A stretch of 63,614 nucleotides of DNA, filler included, from Conidiobolus incongruus B7586 (Eukaryota): assembly GCA_000697335.1 (NCBI GenBank). It is 21 parts of 21 records of this genome, joined end to end, with 100 filler letters (N's around TTAATTAATTAA, not from the genome) between each part and the next. Parts side by side here need not be neighbours in the genome. Positions count along the whole stretch, not along the records: positions 1 to 2,722 come from JNEM01004169.1; positions 2,823 to 3,962 come from JNEM01004170.1; positions 4,063 to 5,861 come from JNEM01004175.1; positions 5,962 to 7,438 come from JNEM01004176.1; positions 7,539 to 9,067 come from JNEM01004178.1; positions 9,168 to 10,609 come from JNEM01004179.1; positions 10,710 to 12,370 come from JNEM01004180.1; positions 12,471 to 15,223 come from JNEM01004181.1; 13 more parts are not named here. The stretch is one strand, 5' to 3'. Position numbers and translations under genes: made by a program. Below the pieces are notes generated by a model. It did not search any database and was not told where the DNA came from. It worked only from the letters and a program-made list of their open reading frames with translations. Shown here piece after piece: positions 1-13,670 of this stretch (the first letter of the stretch is position 1; the number at the start of each line of letters is the position of its first letter).

Positions 1-2221
1 TTAAACCATAATTTTTAAATATTTTGATTCCAAATTTATTATTTTTAGAGAGAAATATTAATCAATAATATTATAAATGATATTATATATTGATATTTAT
101 TTAAGTCTTCATTATTCAATAATATTCAATTATAAATAAAAAATATATACATTTATATTGAAAATATAAACAATTATATTCTCATTATATTTTTAAAAAT
201 AATTATAACTTGAGAAAAGAGTTGGTTGATAATATATTTATTAATTCAATATAATCTTTAAGAAATATAAAAATGATTAGAAATTTATAAAATATTAAAT
301 TTTAAATATATTTTCGAAAGTTTTTTCCAATAATAATTTTATAAATTGAAATATTAAATTAAATGAAATTATTTATATTCACCATAATTAATTAAAAACA
401 CCTATAATGTATATATGTATAAAGCTTAATTATATCATTCAATGAATTTCAGATATTGATATATTAGTTATATATAATAATAAAACTAATTAAAATTTGT
501 TAAAAGTTAAATAGCCATAATAAAAAATTTATACAAATTATTATGCAGGTATCAAAAAGAGATTCACAGTAATTAATACCATAGACAAAAGCATTAATTT
601 TATTAAAGATCTTAAAATACGAATGATCGCATATAATAATTTGATTTACAAAGTAAAAATAACCTATAATATAAAGATCAACAAGACACTAATGAATGTT
701 AAACAGAAATGTGATGATGTTGCAGAGATAATTGTAAATGAAACTACTTAAAAGTAAAATTGGGAATCATTAAAGAAAATTTTTTATGAAAATGGAGAAA
801 AATAAGATTTTTTTTGGATAAAGATATAACAGGAATTGGCATTATTCAAAGAAAATTGAGTAGGATAGAGGTGTTGGTGGGTAATAATATTTTTTAAGTA
901 AAACATAGTAGTTGAGTAATTTATCATGATATATATTTGAAAATTTGATCCTAAAGCCTGTCCCAAAAGCCGGTGGAGTACCCTTCAATAGGAGTCTTTG
1001 TGGCTCCAGGAACATCTCTTGCAGTATTGATTTCAAATAGAATTGATTTATAAACAACTGAATATACCCCTGCGTGAGTCATAAGTCTACCTTTAAATTT
1101 ACCTTGAGCTTAAAGAAAAGCCGATAATATCCAAGTGTTGCGCTCCGATTTAATGGAAAAGACTATAACTACTTTCATCTCTTTGCCTCCTATTAAGCCA
1201 TTCCCAATGAGAGTCTCCTGCTATCCAAACTCATATCTCTTCGCCACACTGTCCTTGTCACTGTTCTTGGTATAAACTGTTTTGATAAAATCGTTGAACT
1301 AGTCGCTAAGGGAGGAGACCCTTTGATATTTTTTAGCATCACGACCTAAGCATAAATGGCGTGCTCGTTATTAAACCACTTAAACTCACGAATTCTAAAT
1401 ATATAAATTATCTATTATCACCATTTCATTCAGGTACACCCTCCATATCATATATATTGTGGATAATATCCTAATGTAGCTGGCGCCTTGATTGATTCTA
1501 GTCATTCTAGATATTTGTTTTATTGTCGGTCCACTAAACAAGGTCCTGGTAGAGCAACTTGCTACACTGCTTAGGATTATTATAACCAGCTTTTTGTCTA
1601 CCAAGCGCTTTTTTTCAGCTCGGCCGTGTACACCCTAATATAATAATCAATAATTCCTTTTGGGATCATTTCGATTGTTTTTTCTCTCTTTTATCTTTAG
1701 AAGTAATATTCTGGATAAATTTTCCAATTTCTTCACTTTTTTGATAAAGCTTGGTAAACTTATGATATGAGTCCATTTTTTCTTGTACAACAATGGAAAA
1801 GAGAATATCGATTATATATTAGACTTATATTACAATAATCAATTGATATTCTAATGAAGTTAAAGTAGGTATAATTCACTAGTTCATATTAAATGTATTA
1901 AAATTTGAGGTCAGCAATATGTATATAAATAATGCAAAAATATTATCTGATCATTGCAAATTTCAATTTCTTATCATTTTAAATTCACAAAAACTTTGTA
2001 TCTTAATTTCTGTTCTTTCATAATGAATTTAAATTGAACAAAAAATATTTTAAATATATCTTTTAGTACATCAAATATAAATATTATTATATCAACACGA
2101 TATTGTTTATCTAGTTAATTTATGTTAAATAGAGAAATAATAATATATCCAAATATTAATTATAAAGAAAAAAAATTAAATATTTAATTGTTAATTTGTA
2201 AAATTAAGTAATATAGATAAT

Positions 2222-2722
2222 GCTAATATAAGAATAATAAAATAATGAATTTTTATAATTAAAGTTCAATATTATTAATATATTGACTATAACAAGTTAA
2301 AATACATAATAGTATTAGAATTTTTTTATTATTAATAATTTTTTAATAAATAAATAATCAGTTTTTTTATAATAATTTGAAATTTAAAATTTTATAAACA
2401 AATTCAATTTATTTGCAAAAATTTTATTCTTGAAAGTATATTTTTTAATTACAAAAATTAATTATAATTATATCAGTTAAAATTTGGTGAATATAATAGA
2501 TATTTTAGCTTTTTTTAACTTTTTAAATAATAAGTCATTTATAACTCTTGTATTATATATTCTATATATATTTTATATTTAATAATACCTTTTATAATAG
2601 GATAGATAATCAATTTTTGATAAAATTTTAAAGTTAAAATAAATGAATAATTATATTAATTAAATATATTATAACTGACAAAATAAAATATATAAAACTA
2701 ACATCAATTATATTTTTATTTA
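2222..2722 (-). mobile_element. Degenerate 3' fragment of a mariner-like transposon (family A)
   Basis: Minus strand reads YSPNFN*YNYN*FL*LKNIL, a decayed YSPDxNPxDYNYFGQLKKQL motif; TIR-like end near 2222. Confidence 0.6.
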
Positions 2723-2822
2723 NNNNNNNNNNNNNNNNNNNNNNNNNNNNNNNNNNNNNNNNNNNNTTAATTAATTAANNNNNNNNNNNNNNNNNNNNNN
2801 NNNNNNNNNNNNNNNNNNNNNN
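2723..2822. other. Artificial 100-bp gap spacer N44-TTAATTAATTAA-N44. First of 20; the others start at 3962, 5862, 7439, 9068, 10610, 12371, 15224, 16686, 18712, 20322, 23008, 25266, 26518, 27629, 29595, 36813, 44872, 51025, 56616
   Basis: Same 12-mer, which gives stops in all six frames, centred in every N run; an assembly or annotation linker. Confidence 0.97.
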
Positions 2823-3961
2823 TATTATTAATAATTTTTTCTATTTTTTTAATAAACTTCTAATATTTAAAAATTGTTCTCTTTATTAAAGACTAATATT
2901 TGATATTTTACTAATCAATTAAATTTTTTTGTAAAAATTTCCTTTCTTATATGCTGGTTTTTTAATTACCTAAAGTAATTATAATTTTATAGGTACTAAT
3001 TTAAAGAATATATTAAATGTGGTAGTTTTTTTAGTTATTTTTAATTAAAATTTTTTTATAACTTTAGATTTATATATTTTACAATTATTATATAAAATAA
3101 TGTGTCTTTTTAAATTATATTAAAAATATCAATTAAAAATATTTTTATTTAAAAAAACAAAATAAAGCATATAATTAATTGATTTTCCTTTAATAATTAA
3201 ATGAAAAAAGCATATATTATTATAATTTATTAAAATAATTAATATTTGTTCATTAGCAAAATATTTATTTAAAGGGATTTATTAATGGGGTTGATTTAAC
3301 TTAATCTAATATTTTGATTTGTATTTTGATAAAGGATTATATATACATATTTAAGTTTCACTAATTATAATTATTTATTGTAAAAGTTTAGACTTCTGGT
3401 AATATTTTAGTGAGTATTATTTAGCAATAACTATTCTAACTTTTTTAAGATTTAGTTACATTATAAGGTACCTATTTTATATTTATATTTATTAATTTAA
3501 ATTTAAATTTTAATATATATAAAATATAAAACTAATATTAAAATATTTAGATAACTCTTTAGCTAATTCAAAAGAATGCTTTTTAATATATTTTTTCACT
3601 TTATTAATAATTAAAAGAATAATAGTTGAAGTTAATTTTTTAGATTTTAACAAGTTTTAAATAGTTTCTCTCTTAACTTTTAAGTAGTTTACCTAATAAT
3701 AAATAGTTGATTTAAATAATATTTTATTACCAAAGGCTATTTATGAATTTTTAATAATTTTAGAGGATTTATGGTTAAGTTTTACTAATACTAAAATAAA
3801 AAACTTTTGATGATTTTATTTAATTTAAATATAATTAAATTAAACATTCAATTTTAAAAAATTAATATTTTAATCAAAAAAATTATTATATATAATTTCT
3901 TATTTATTTTGTTTATATCTGTTTATTTAAAATTAATTATATATTAAAAAAATTGGAAATT
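2823..3961 (-). mobile_element. Mariner-like transposon family A, degenerate copy, both ends lost in gaps
   Basis: Colinear as reverse complement with 12471-13670 and 7691-8985. Confidence 0.85.
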
Positions 3962-4062
3962 ANNNNNNNNNNNNNNNNNNNNNNNNNNNNNNNNNNNNNN
4001 NNNNNNTTAATTAATTAANNNNNNNNNNNNNNNNNNNNNNNNNNNNNNNNNNNNNNNNNNNN

Positions 4063-5259
4063 ATAAAGAAAGTAAATCAACTTATAATATTGCTAGAATT
4101 ACTAGTGTTAGTTAGTTTACTATAGTTAAAGTTATTAAGAATAACAATAAAAAACATTTAAACTTAAACTCAAGTATATTAAAATTATAGATAAATATAA
4201 TAAAAAGTATATTTGTAGGTTAGTTAATATAGGTAAATATAGTACTGCTGTAGAAATACAACAAGAATTATAAAACTATATAAGAATATTAATTAATACT
4301 AATACTATTATATATACTTTATATTAATATAGATACTATTTACACTTTAAGAAAAAACACCCCCAACTAAAAAAATCCCACTATAAAACTAGGTAAGAGT
4401 TTAAATATCACCACTAATATTAAACCAAAACTAATTAAAGTAAAGTTATTTAGTTTAATGAAACAAAAATATATTTTAGTAAATTTAATAAAAAAGCTAA
4501 ATAATTTAGAAAAGAGATAAAACTACTTTATAACTATTATGTTAATTTTACCTAAAAGTATAATAATAGGTTAATTATTATTTGGGGATGTATATTATCT
4601 TTAGGTATAAGGTATCTTTATAAAGTTAATAGGGGAATTAATATTAAAATATACTAAAGTATTTTAAATAATCAATTGAAAAAAACCATTAAATAATATA
4701 GGTTAAATAAATCTAATATTATTTTCTAACAAGATAATACTTTTTGCTATACTATAACTTTTACTACCAAATAACTTAAAAATAACAAGATAATAGTTAT
4801 GAAATAACCTCTTTAATCTTTTAACTTTAATTTAATTAAATACCTTTAAAATTAATTAAAAAAAGCTATTAAAGCTTTCCCCCTAGTTAAAAATTTAAAT
4901 CAACTTTAAGAATATATTTAAGAAATATAGAATAAAATTAACTTTTCTTAATATAAAAAGTTAGTTGATTCTATACCCTACAAATTTAAAGAAGTTAGAA
5001 AAGTTAAAGGTAGATACACTAGGTTTTAATTTTTTTTTATCACCAAAAACCTACAAATTTATAACTTTTCCTAGGTAAAATTTAAAGGTTTATATTTTAG
5101 TCAATTAATAACTAAATATTATTATTTAATAATATATATAATTAATAAATATAATAGATTTTAATTATTTAATTTAAATTTATTTCATTAAATATTAATC
5201 AAGTTATTTGTAAAAATAAAAGTGTTTTTGATTTTATGACTTATTTTTGTAGGTTAGTG
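4063..5259 (+). mobile_element. Tc1-like transposon family B, degenerate; right TIR present
   Basis: Relics F*QDNTFCY (FQQDNAxCH) and *PL*SFNFNLIKYL* (WPPQSPDLNPIEHLW); ends ...GACTTATTTTTGTAGGTTAGTG|TA. Confidence 0.88.
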
Positions 5260-5261
5260 TA

Positions 5262-5861
5262 TTATTCAATAATCTCTTTTAATTTATTATTTAAAATATT
5301 TTTAATATATCTCAATATTAATTCCTTTATTAACTTTATAAAGATATTTTACACCTAAAGATAATATATCCTTAAATTATAATTAACTTATTATTGTATT
5401 TTTGGGTTATAATAATATAATAATCATAAAGTAATTTTTTATCTTTTTTGAAATATCTAACTTTTTTATTAAATTTATTAAATTTATTAAAATATATTTT
5501 TATTTCATAAAATTAAATAAATTTATTTTAATTAGTTTTAATTTAACTTTAGTATTGATATTTAAGCTCTTGCTTAACTTTATAGTAAAATTTTTTTAAT
5601 TAATGATATTTTTTCTTAAGTTGTAAATAGTATTTATTTTAATATAAACTATATATAATAGTATCAATACCAATTAATATTCTTATATAATCTTAAAATT
5701 TTTATTATATTTCTATAATAATATTATATTTACTTATATCAACTAATCTATAAATATATATTTTATTATTTTTATCTATAATTTTAATAAGCTTAAGTTT
5801 TAGTTTAAATGTTTTTTAATATTATTCTTAATAACCCTAGCTATAATAGATTAACTAATAT
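5262..5861 (-). mobile_element. Family B fragment, interrupted at a TA by the 4063-5259 copy
   Basis: Colinear with 28548-29140; starts right after the TA at 5260-5261. Confidence 0.8.
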
Positions 5862-6719
5862 NNNNNNNNNNNNNNNNNNNNNNNNNNNNNNNNNNNNNNN
5901 NNNNNTTAATTAATTAANNNNNNNNNNNNNNNNNNNNNNNNNNNNNNNNNNNNNNNNNNNNATATTAGGTATAATTAAATACTATATAATTCAGATATTT
6001 AAAATAAAATATTAAAATATTAGTAATATTATTATATAATAATTATCATAATTAATTGTAAATTCCACCTTTATATTAATAACAACCTTATAAAGGAAAA
6101 TGAATTTATTTCACAAAAAATAGTATTATTTGATATAATAATGCAAGATTTAGAATAATATGTAATACATAGATTATCAAAAGATTATTCAAGATCATTG
6201 TTATTTTTTGTTTTATTTACAAGACTAGGATAATTAAATATTAATTTTTTAATACCCAATTTCAATAAATCTTCCCTAATATTGAAAAAAATAATATTAT
6301 AATTAAAAACCTTAAAAAATATAATTATATTATTTTTTTTATTTTCTGATTCATAATTAAATATAGTATTAATAACAGAAAATCGAATTAAAATAATAAA
6401 ACTAAATTTTGTTTTCATTTATAATTAATAGATATTTATAATTTAAAAAATGATAGATATTTAAAACTTATTATATATAATTGAATTAATATTATATTAT
6501 ATTATATTCATATACTTTATATAAAATCTTTTTAAATAAAATATTTGTCTGAATTAATTAATTAAATTTATAAATATTTTCTTAAATGAATTCTTATATT
6601 TTAATTTTTTAATTTTTATAATTATTTTTTTTTCAAATAATTAAAATAATAAAAAATACTTAAAATTAAAATTCAATATATTTACTATTATATAATTTAT
6701 TAAAATGGATATAAATATA

Positions 6720-6815
6720 TACTAGCCTATAAAAGCAAGTCAAAAAATAAATTTCACCTATATACTTATTTATCATTTAAATAGTTAACTAAATTAATTT
6801 AAATTAAAATATATA
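6720..6815. mobile_element. Family B (variant B2) TIR fragment interrupted by another B copy
   Basis: TACTAGCCTATAAAAGCAAGTCAAAAAAT matches the family B TIR start seen at 17065 and 36509. Confidence 0.6.
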
Positions 6816-7438
6816 TACTAATTTACAAAAATAAGTCATAAAATCAATAACACTTATATTTTTACTAGTAATTTAATTAATATTTAATAAAATACACTTT
6901 AATTAAATAATGAAAATCTATTATATTTATTAATAATATAAACTATTAAATAATAATATTTAGTTATTAATTGGTTAAAATATCAATTCTTAAATTTTAC
7001 TTAAGATTAGTTATAAATTTATAAGTTTTTGGTGATGAAAAAAATTGAAATTTAATAAATTTACCTTTTATCTTTTTATTTTTTTAAGTTTATAAAGTAT
7101 AAAGTAAATTAACTTTTTATATTAAAAAAGGTTAATCTTATTTTATGCTTTTTAAACATTTTCTTAAAGCTAATTTAAATTTTTTATTAAAGGAAAAAAT
7201 TTAACAACTTTAATTAACTAATCGTAAATATATTTAATTAAGTTAAAAGATTAAAGAGGTTACTTTATAACTATTATCTTATTATTTTTAAGTTATTTGG
7301 TAATAAAAGTTATAATATAACAAATTGTATTATTTTATTAGAAAATAATATTAAATTTATTTAATTTATATTATTTAATAATTTTTTTAATCTATTATTT
7401 AAAATACTCAAATATATTTCAATATTAATTTTTTTATT
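6816..7438 (-). mobile_element. Tc1-like family B, right-end fragment
   Basis: TIR TACTAATTTACAAAAATAAGTCATAAAATC; colinear with 27989-28615. Confidence 0.85.
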
Positions 7439-7690
7439 NNNNNNNNNNNNNNNNNNNNNNNNNNNNNNNNNNNNNNNNNNNNTTAATTAATTAANNNNNN
7501 NNNNNNNNNNNNNNNNNNNNNNNNNNNNNNNNNNNNNNAATAAAAAAATATATTAATATATATCTCTTTAATATATTAAAATAAATATTAAAATAATAAA
7601 ATAATAATATAAATATATTATAAATACTTTAATTTAAATATAAATTAATTTATTAAAATTTTAAATAAATATTTGATAATTTAATAAATA

Positions 7691-8985
7691 TTAGTATGGA
7701 AATTAAAAAATGGCAAATTTTTTAATTTCTGATCTTTCAAACATATTATATGTTTTGGAAGATTTTATATATATAAAATATATAGGAAAATAAATATTTT
7801 CATATTATATATAAATATTCAATTTTAATTATTTTTTTTATTAAAATATTTTGATTTTAAAATATATATTTAAATTTAATCATATTTAAACTAAATTATA
7901 ATTATCAAAAGGCTTTTATTTTTGTATTTTTAAAACTTAACCATAAACCTTCTAAAATCATCTAAAACTTACAAACAGCTTATGGAGATAGTGCTTTATC
8001 TAAAACTACCATATATTGTTGAATTTGTGATTTTAAAGCTAAAAAGGACACTATTCAAAATTTACCAAAATCTAGAAGACTAATTTATATTATTATTTTT
8101 TCACTTACCAATAGAATAAAAAAATATATTAAAAAATACCTTTTTATATCTGATAGAGAATTATCAAAGCAATTTAATATTAATTATATAAGCATGTTTT
8201 ATTTACTTAAGTTTAAACTTAGATTAATTAATAAAAATACAAAATGGATATCTTATAATTTAACAAAAGCCCAAAAAAAACTAGAGTAATAATAGCTAAA
8301 CTAAACTTATTAAGGTATAACCAAAAACAAAGGTTTTTACAATGAAAACTTGTAATTAATAAATCTTTAATTCCTTTATATAATCCTTTACCTAAAAATA
8401 AAACAAGATATTGGGTTAAGCCAAATTAATCCTTTTTATAAATTTCAATAAATAAGTACTTTAAATATAAGCAAGTATTAATTATTATAATTGATTATAA
8501 TATTATATGGTCTTCTTATTTAATACCTCAATGAAAATCAACTAATAGTAAGTTATATATTACCTTTTTAAATAAACATTTTTAAATGATATTCTGAATA
8601 TAAATTGAGGACATAAATTATTTTGCATAATCATTACAAAATATATAAAGCTAAAGTTATAAAAGATTTTTTATATAAAAAAACTAAAGGGAGTTACTAT
8701 ATCTAGTATATTTACCTCATTATAACCAATATGATTATAATTATTTTGGACAATTAAAAAAACAGCTTACAGGAAAAAAATTCTTGCAAACAAATTTAAT
8801 TAGTTTATGAAATCTCAAATTTCAGGCTTTAATAAAAAAACTATTTTTTAGATATTAAAAGCTTATCAAAAATATAGAAAAAAGCTATTAATAATAAAAA
8901 AGGTTATTAATTTTATAGACTATTTATTAATTTATTTATTTAATTTCAATATTAAAATTATGCCATTATTTAATTTTTGTACTAA
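7691..8985 (+). mobile_element. Full-length (1295 bp) mariner-like element family A, DD34D-type, inactivated
   Basis: TA TSD at 7689-7690 and 8986-8987; TIRs TTAGTATGGAAATTAAAAAATGGCA / TGCCATTATTTAATTTTTGTACTAA. Relic ORF has LQTAYGDSALSKTTIYC*ICDFKA..LPKSRRL (mariner HTH plus RSGRP), KWISYNLTKAQK (WVPHxL) and YLPHYNQYDYNYFGQLKKQL (YSPDxxPxDY). Confidence 0.93.
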
Positions 8986-9174
8986 TATTTAAAAGAAAAT
9001 TATAATAGTTATAATTAATTTATATTTATTAAAATATATTAAAAACAAAAGTTTTTATAACAAATACNNNNNNNNNNNNNNNNNNNNNNNNNNNNNNNNN
9101 NNNNNNNNNNNTTAATTAATTAANNNNNNNNNNNNNNNNNNNNNNNNNNNNNNNNNNNNNNNNNNNNATTAAAT

Positions 9175-10480
9175 AATATTATATAATTTAAATAATAGGG
9201 ATTCTATATAACTGAAAAGAAATATATATTTTAATATATAAAAAATAAAAATATATATATACTATAAAGTTGATAATTTTTTTTATTTCTATTAATTTTG
9301 TGCTATATATTTAATTAAAATCTAATATTTAAAAAAAAGTATTTTTTATTAAAAACTAAAATTTAATATTTCACAAACTAATGAAATTTTCTTATAGAAA
9401 TTTTCTTTCCTCTAAGCTAATTATTTAATTATTTAAAACAATTATAATCACATAGGTTATAATTTAAAAAATATATTAAATATGGTAGTTTTTTCCAGTT
9501 ATTTTTAATTAGAAATTTTTTTTAGCTTTAAATTTATATATTTTATAATTATCAAATAAAATAATAAGCTTTCTCAAATTATATAAATAATATTAATTTA
9601 AAATAATTTTATTTTAAAAAAGAAATATAAAGTTTACTATTAATTGATTTTTCTTTATAAACTAAATAAAAATAGCATATATCATTATAATCCATAATAA
9701 TAATTAATATTTGCTTATCAACAAAGTGTTTATTAAAAGGAATCTGTAAAAGGGGTTGATTTGGCTTAATCTAACACCTTGATTTATATTTTAGCAAAAT
9801 TTTATACAAAGGAATCTAAAATTGATCAATTATAATAATTTATTGTAAAAGCCTTGGTTCTTAGTTATATATTAATAGGCTTTGTTTAACAATAGCTATT
9901 TTTGTATTTTTTTAATCTTTATTTATATTATAAGATAACCATTTTATATTTTTATTAATTAGATTTAATTTAAACATTAATATAAATAAAATACTTATAT
10001 GACTAATATTAAAGTGTCTTGATAATTCTCTAACTGAAATAAAATGGTATTTTTAATATATTTTTTAACTTTATTAATAATTTGAAAAAATAACAATTAA
10101 ATTTAATCTTTTATATTTTAACAAATTTTAGGTAATTTTTCTCTTAATCTTAAAAGTAATTTATTTAATAATAAATTGTTGATTTAAATAATACTTTATT
10201 ACTAAAAGCTGCTTATAAACTTTAAATAATTTTAGAGAGTTTATGGTTAAGTTTTATTGATATTAAAATAAAATGCTTTTGATGATGACTATTTGGTTTA
10301 AGTATAATTAAATTAAACAACCAATTTTAAAAGAATCTTTTTTAATGAAAATAAATATAATATTTTTATAATTCAAATTTATAAATTTTCCTATTTGTTT
10401 TGTATATATATTTTTATTTCAAGTTAATAATATATTTGAAAAATCATAAAATTTTTAATTTCTAATTTTTCATTTTATAA
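9175..10480 (-). mobile_element. Mariner-like family A, near full-length degenerate copy
   Basis: Colinear with 2823-3961 and 25366-26517; TIR-like ends approximate. Confidence 0.85.
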
Positions 10481-10709
10481 TAATAAATATAATAATATAT
10501 ATTTTTGTTGTTAATTAATATATCTAAATTTAATAATTTAATATTCATTTTTTATATTAAATATTAATTAAATTATTAATAGAAATATAAATAATTTTGA
10601 TTTTATGATNNNNNNNNNNNNNNNNNNNNNNNNNNNNNNNNNNNNNNNNNNNNTTAATTAATTAANNNNNNNNNNNNNNNNNNNNNNNNNNNNNNNNNNN
10701 NNNNNNNNN

Positions 10710-12292
10710 AAATATATTTTAATTTTATTATATTACATTATAATATTATAATATATATTATAATAACTTATTAAATTAAGTTATAAAATTAAAATTACTT
10801 ATATATCTACTTATATTTTAAATAATTCTTAATTAAATTAATTTGAATTAAAATAAAAAATTCATTAATATTAATTGATTATAACTAACCATATTCAATT
10901 TAATTTAATTCATTATTGGTTAACATATCAAAACTTAAAATTTAATAAAATAAGTTATAAATATGTGGGTTTATAAAATAAAAGGATGTAATTAACAAAA
11001 CTTATATTTATCATCTTTTTTATTATATTATATATATTATAAAAATATTAAACCAATGATTTAAAATTGATATTATAGCATTTGAATGAATTTTTTAAAA
11101 ATATAATTTATATATTAAATAACATTATAATATAAATAAATTAACTTATAAGATTATTAAAATTATTAATATTAGTTAACCAACTATAGTTAAGATTGTT
11201 AAGAATAATTTCTAAAGAATTATTTACATCAAAACTTAAATATATCAAAATTATAAAAAAGTTTAATAAAGAGTATATTTGTAAATTAATTAATATAGGT
11301 AAATATAATTCTATCTTAAAAGTATAACAAGAATTATCAGACTATATAAGAATGTTAGTTAATACTAATATTATTATAAATATTATATATTAGAATAAAT
11401 ATCACATATATCTTAAAACACTTTTAATTAAACAAATCCCATTATAAAATTAACTGGGAGTATAAATTACTATATTAAAATTAAATTGAAATTAACTAGA
11501 GTATAGTTATTTAATTTAATAAAACAAAGATATATATTAATAAATCTAATAAAAAACTTAAAAATTTCAAAAAAAATGAAACAATTACTTTATGACCATT
11601 ATGTTATTATAACTAGAAAATATAATAATACATTAATTATAATTTAAAGATATATATTATCTTTAAATATAAAATATCATTATAAAATTAATAATTTGAT
11701 TAATATCAAGATATAATAAAATATTATAAATAATGAATTATAAAAAAATATTGATTGCTATAAGTTAAATAAATTAATTATTATTTTTTAACAAGATAAT
11801 ACCTCTTGATATATTATAAATTATTTTATTAAATGGCTTACAAATAACAAAATAAGCATTAAAAAATAACCTACTTAATTATTCAATCTTAATTTAATTA
11901 AATATCTTTAAAATTGACTAAAAAAATCAATTAAAGCTCCCTTTTTAATATAATATTTAAATAGATTTTAAAGGTATATTAAAAATCTTAGAATAATATT
12001 AATTTTACATAATATAAGAAACTAATTTACTTTATACCTTATAAACTTAAAGAGGATTGTAAAACAAATGATAGATATACTAGATATTAATTTTTCTATT
12101 AATATTAAAACTTACAAATTTATAAAATATATAAAGTATATTTTTAGCTTTAATATATCTATTTATTATATTATTAATAGAAAATATATAATAAATATAT
12201 TTTTTATAAAAGTTTATTTAAATAAGAATTGATTAATATATTAATAGAAATATTTATATTTTTTATTTTATTACTTATTTTTCAATGTTAAG
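10710..12292 (+). mobile_element. Tc1-like family B, heavily degenerate near full-length copy
   Basis: F*QDNTS and *PT*LFNLNLIKYL* relics; colinear with the other B copies. Confidence 0.8.
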
Positions 12293-12470
12293 ATAAATAA
12301 TATTGTTAATAATATTTAAACTCCTAATTATTTTTATAATAAAATTTGTTTAATTAATGGTATTTTTTTANNNNNNNNNNNNNNNNNNNNNNNNNNNNNN
12401 NNNNNNNNNNNNNNTTAATTAATTAANNNNNNNNNNNNNNNNNNNNNNNNNNNNNNNNNNNNNNNNNNNN

Positions 12471-13670
12471 AAAAATAGGCAATTTTTTAATTTCTGATTT
12501 TTCAAGCATATTATTAGTATAAAACAAAAAAATATATACAAAACAAATAGGAAAATTTTTAGTTTTGAATATATATATAATAATTTTTTTGATTAAAAAA
12601 TTTATTTTTTAAAATTGGTTGTTTAATTTAATCATGCTTAAATTAAATAATAACTATCAAAAGTTTTTTATTTTAATATTAATAAAACTTAACCACATAC
12701 CTTTTAAAATCATTTAAAGTTTATAAACATCTTATAATAATAAAATATTATCTAAATTAATAATTTATTGCTAGGTAAATTACTTTAAGGCTAAGAGGAA
12801 AATTACCCAAAACTTGTTAAATTCTAAAAAATTAATTTTAATTATTATTTTTCTAATTATTAATAAAATAAAAAATTATGTTAAAAAGCATCTTTTTATT
12901 TTAGCTAAAAAATTATCAAAATATATTAATACTAGTTATTTAAGCATATTATATATATTAAAATTTAAATTAAAACTAATTAATAATAATATAAAATTGA
13001 TATCTTATAATTTAACTAAAGCTCAAAAAAAGCAAGTATAGCTATTATTAAATAAAACTTACTAAGGTAAAATTAAAAACTAAGGTTTTAACAACATATT
13101 ATTATAATTGATGAATCTTAAATTTTTTTATATAATTCTTTGTTAAAACATAAATTAAGGTGTTGGATTAAACTAAATCAACCCTTTTTATAAATTCTTT
13201 TAAATAAACACTTTATTGATAAGCAAATATTAATTATTATAATAGATTATAATAATATATGTTATTTTTATTTAGTATTTAAAAGAAAATCAATTAATAG
13301 TAAACTCTATATTTTTTATTAAATAAAACTGTTTCTAATTAGTATTTTTAATATAATTTGAGAAAACCTATTATTTTGAATAATAATTATAAAATATATA
13401 ATTCTAAAATTATAAAAAACTTTTTAATTAAAAATAACTAGAAAAAACTACCATATCTAATATATTTTTTAGATTATAACCTATGTAATTATAATTATTT
13501 TAAGCTATTAAAAAACTAGCTTATAAGAAAGAAAATTTTTATAAGAAAATTTAACTGGTTTATTAAATATTAAATTTCAGTCTTTAATAAAAAGATTTTT
13601 TTTAATTATTAAATCTTTATTATAAATATAGCAAAAAGTTATTAGAAATTAAAGATATTAAGAGACTAGT
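12471..13670 (+). mobile_element. Mariner-like family A degenerate copy
   Basis: Starts inside the left TIR (AAAAATAGGCAATTTTTTAATTTCTG). ORF 12814-13041 (..KLISYNLTKAQKKQV) is a transposase remnant; YNLCNYNYFKLLKN relic at the 3' end. Confidence 0.87.

Noticed and set aside
784..1604. Minus-strand ORFs 784, 842, 1395
   Set aside because: Non-ATG starts and no motifs; the coding-like signal here appears to be on the plus strand and is broken.
2767..2778. Recurrent TTAATTAATTAA as a CRISPR-like or biological repeat
   Set aside because: Always centred in exactly 44+44 N; it is a six-frame-stop linker.
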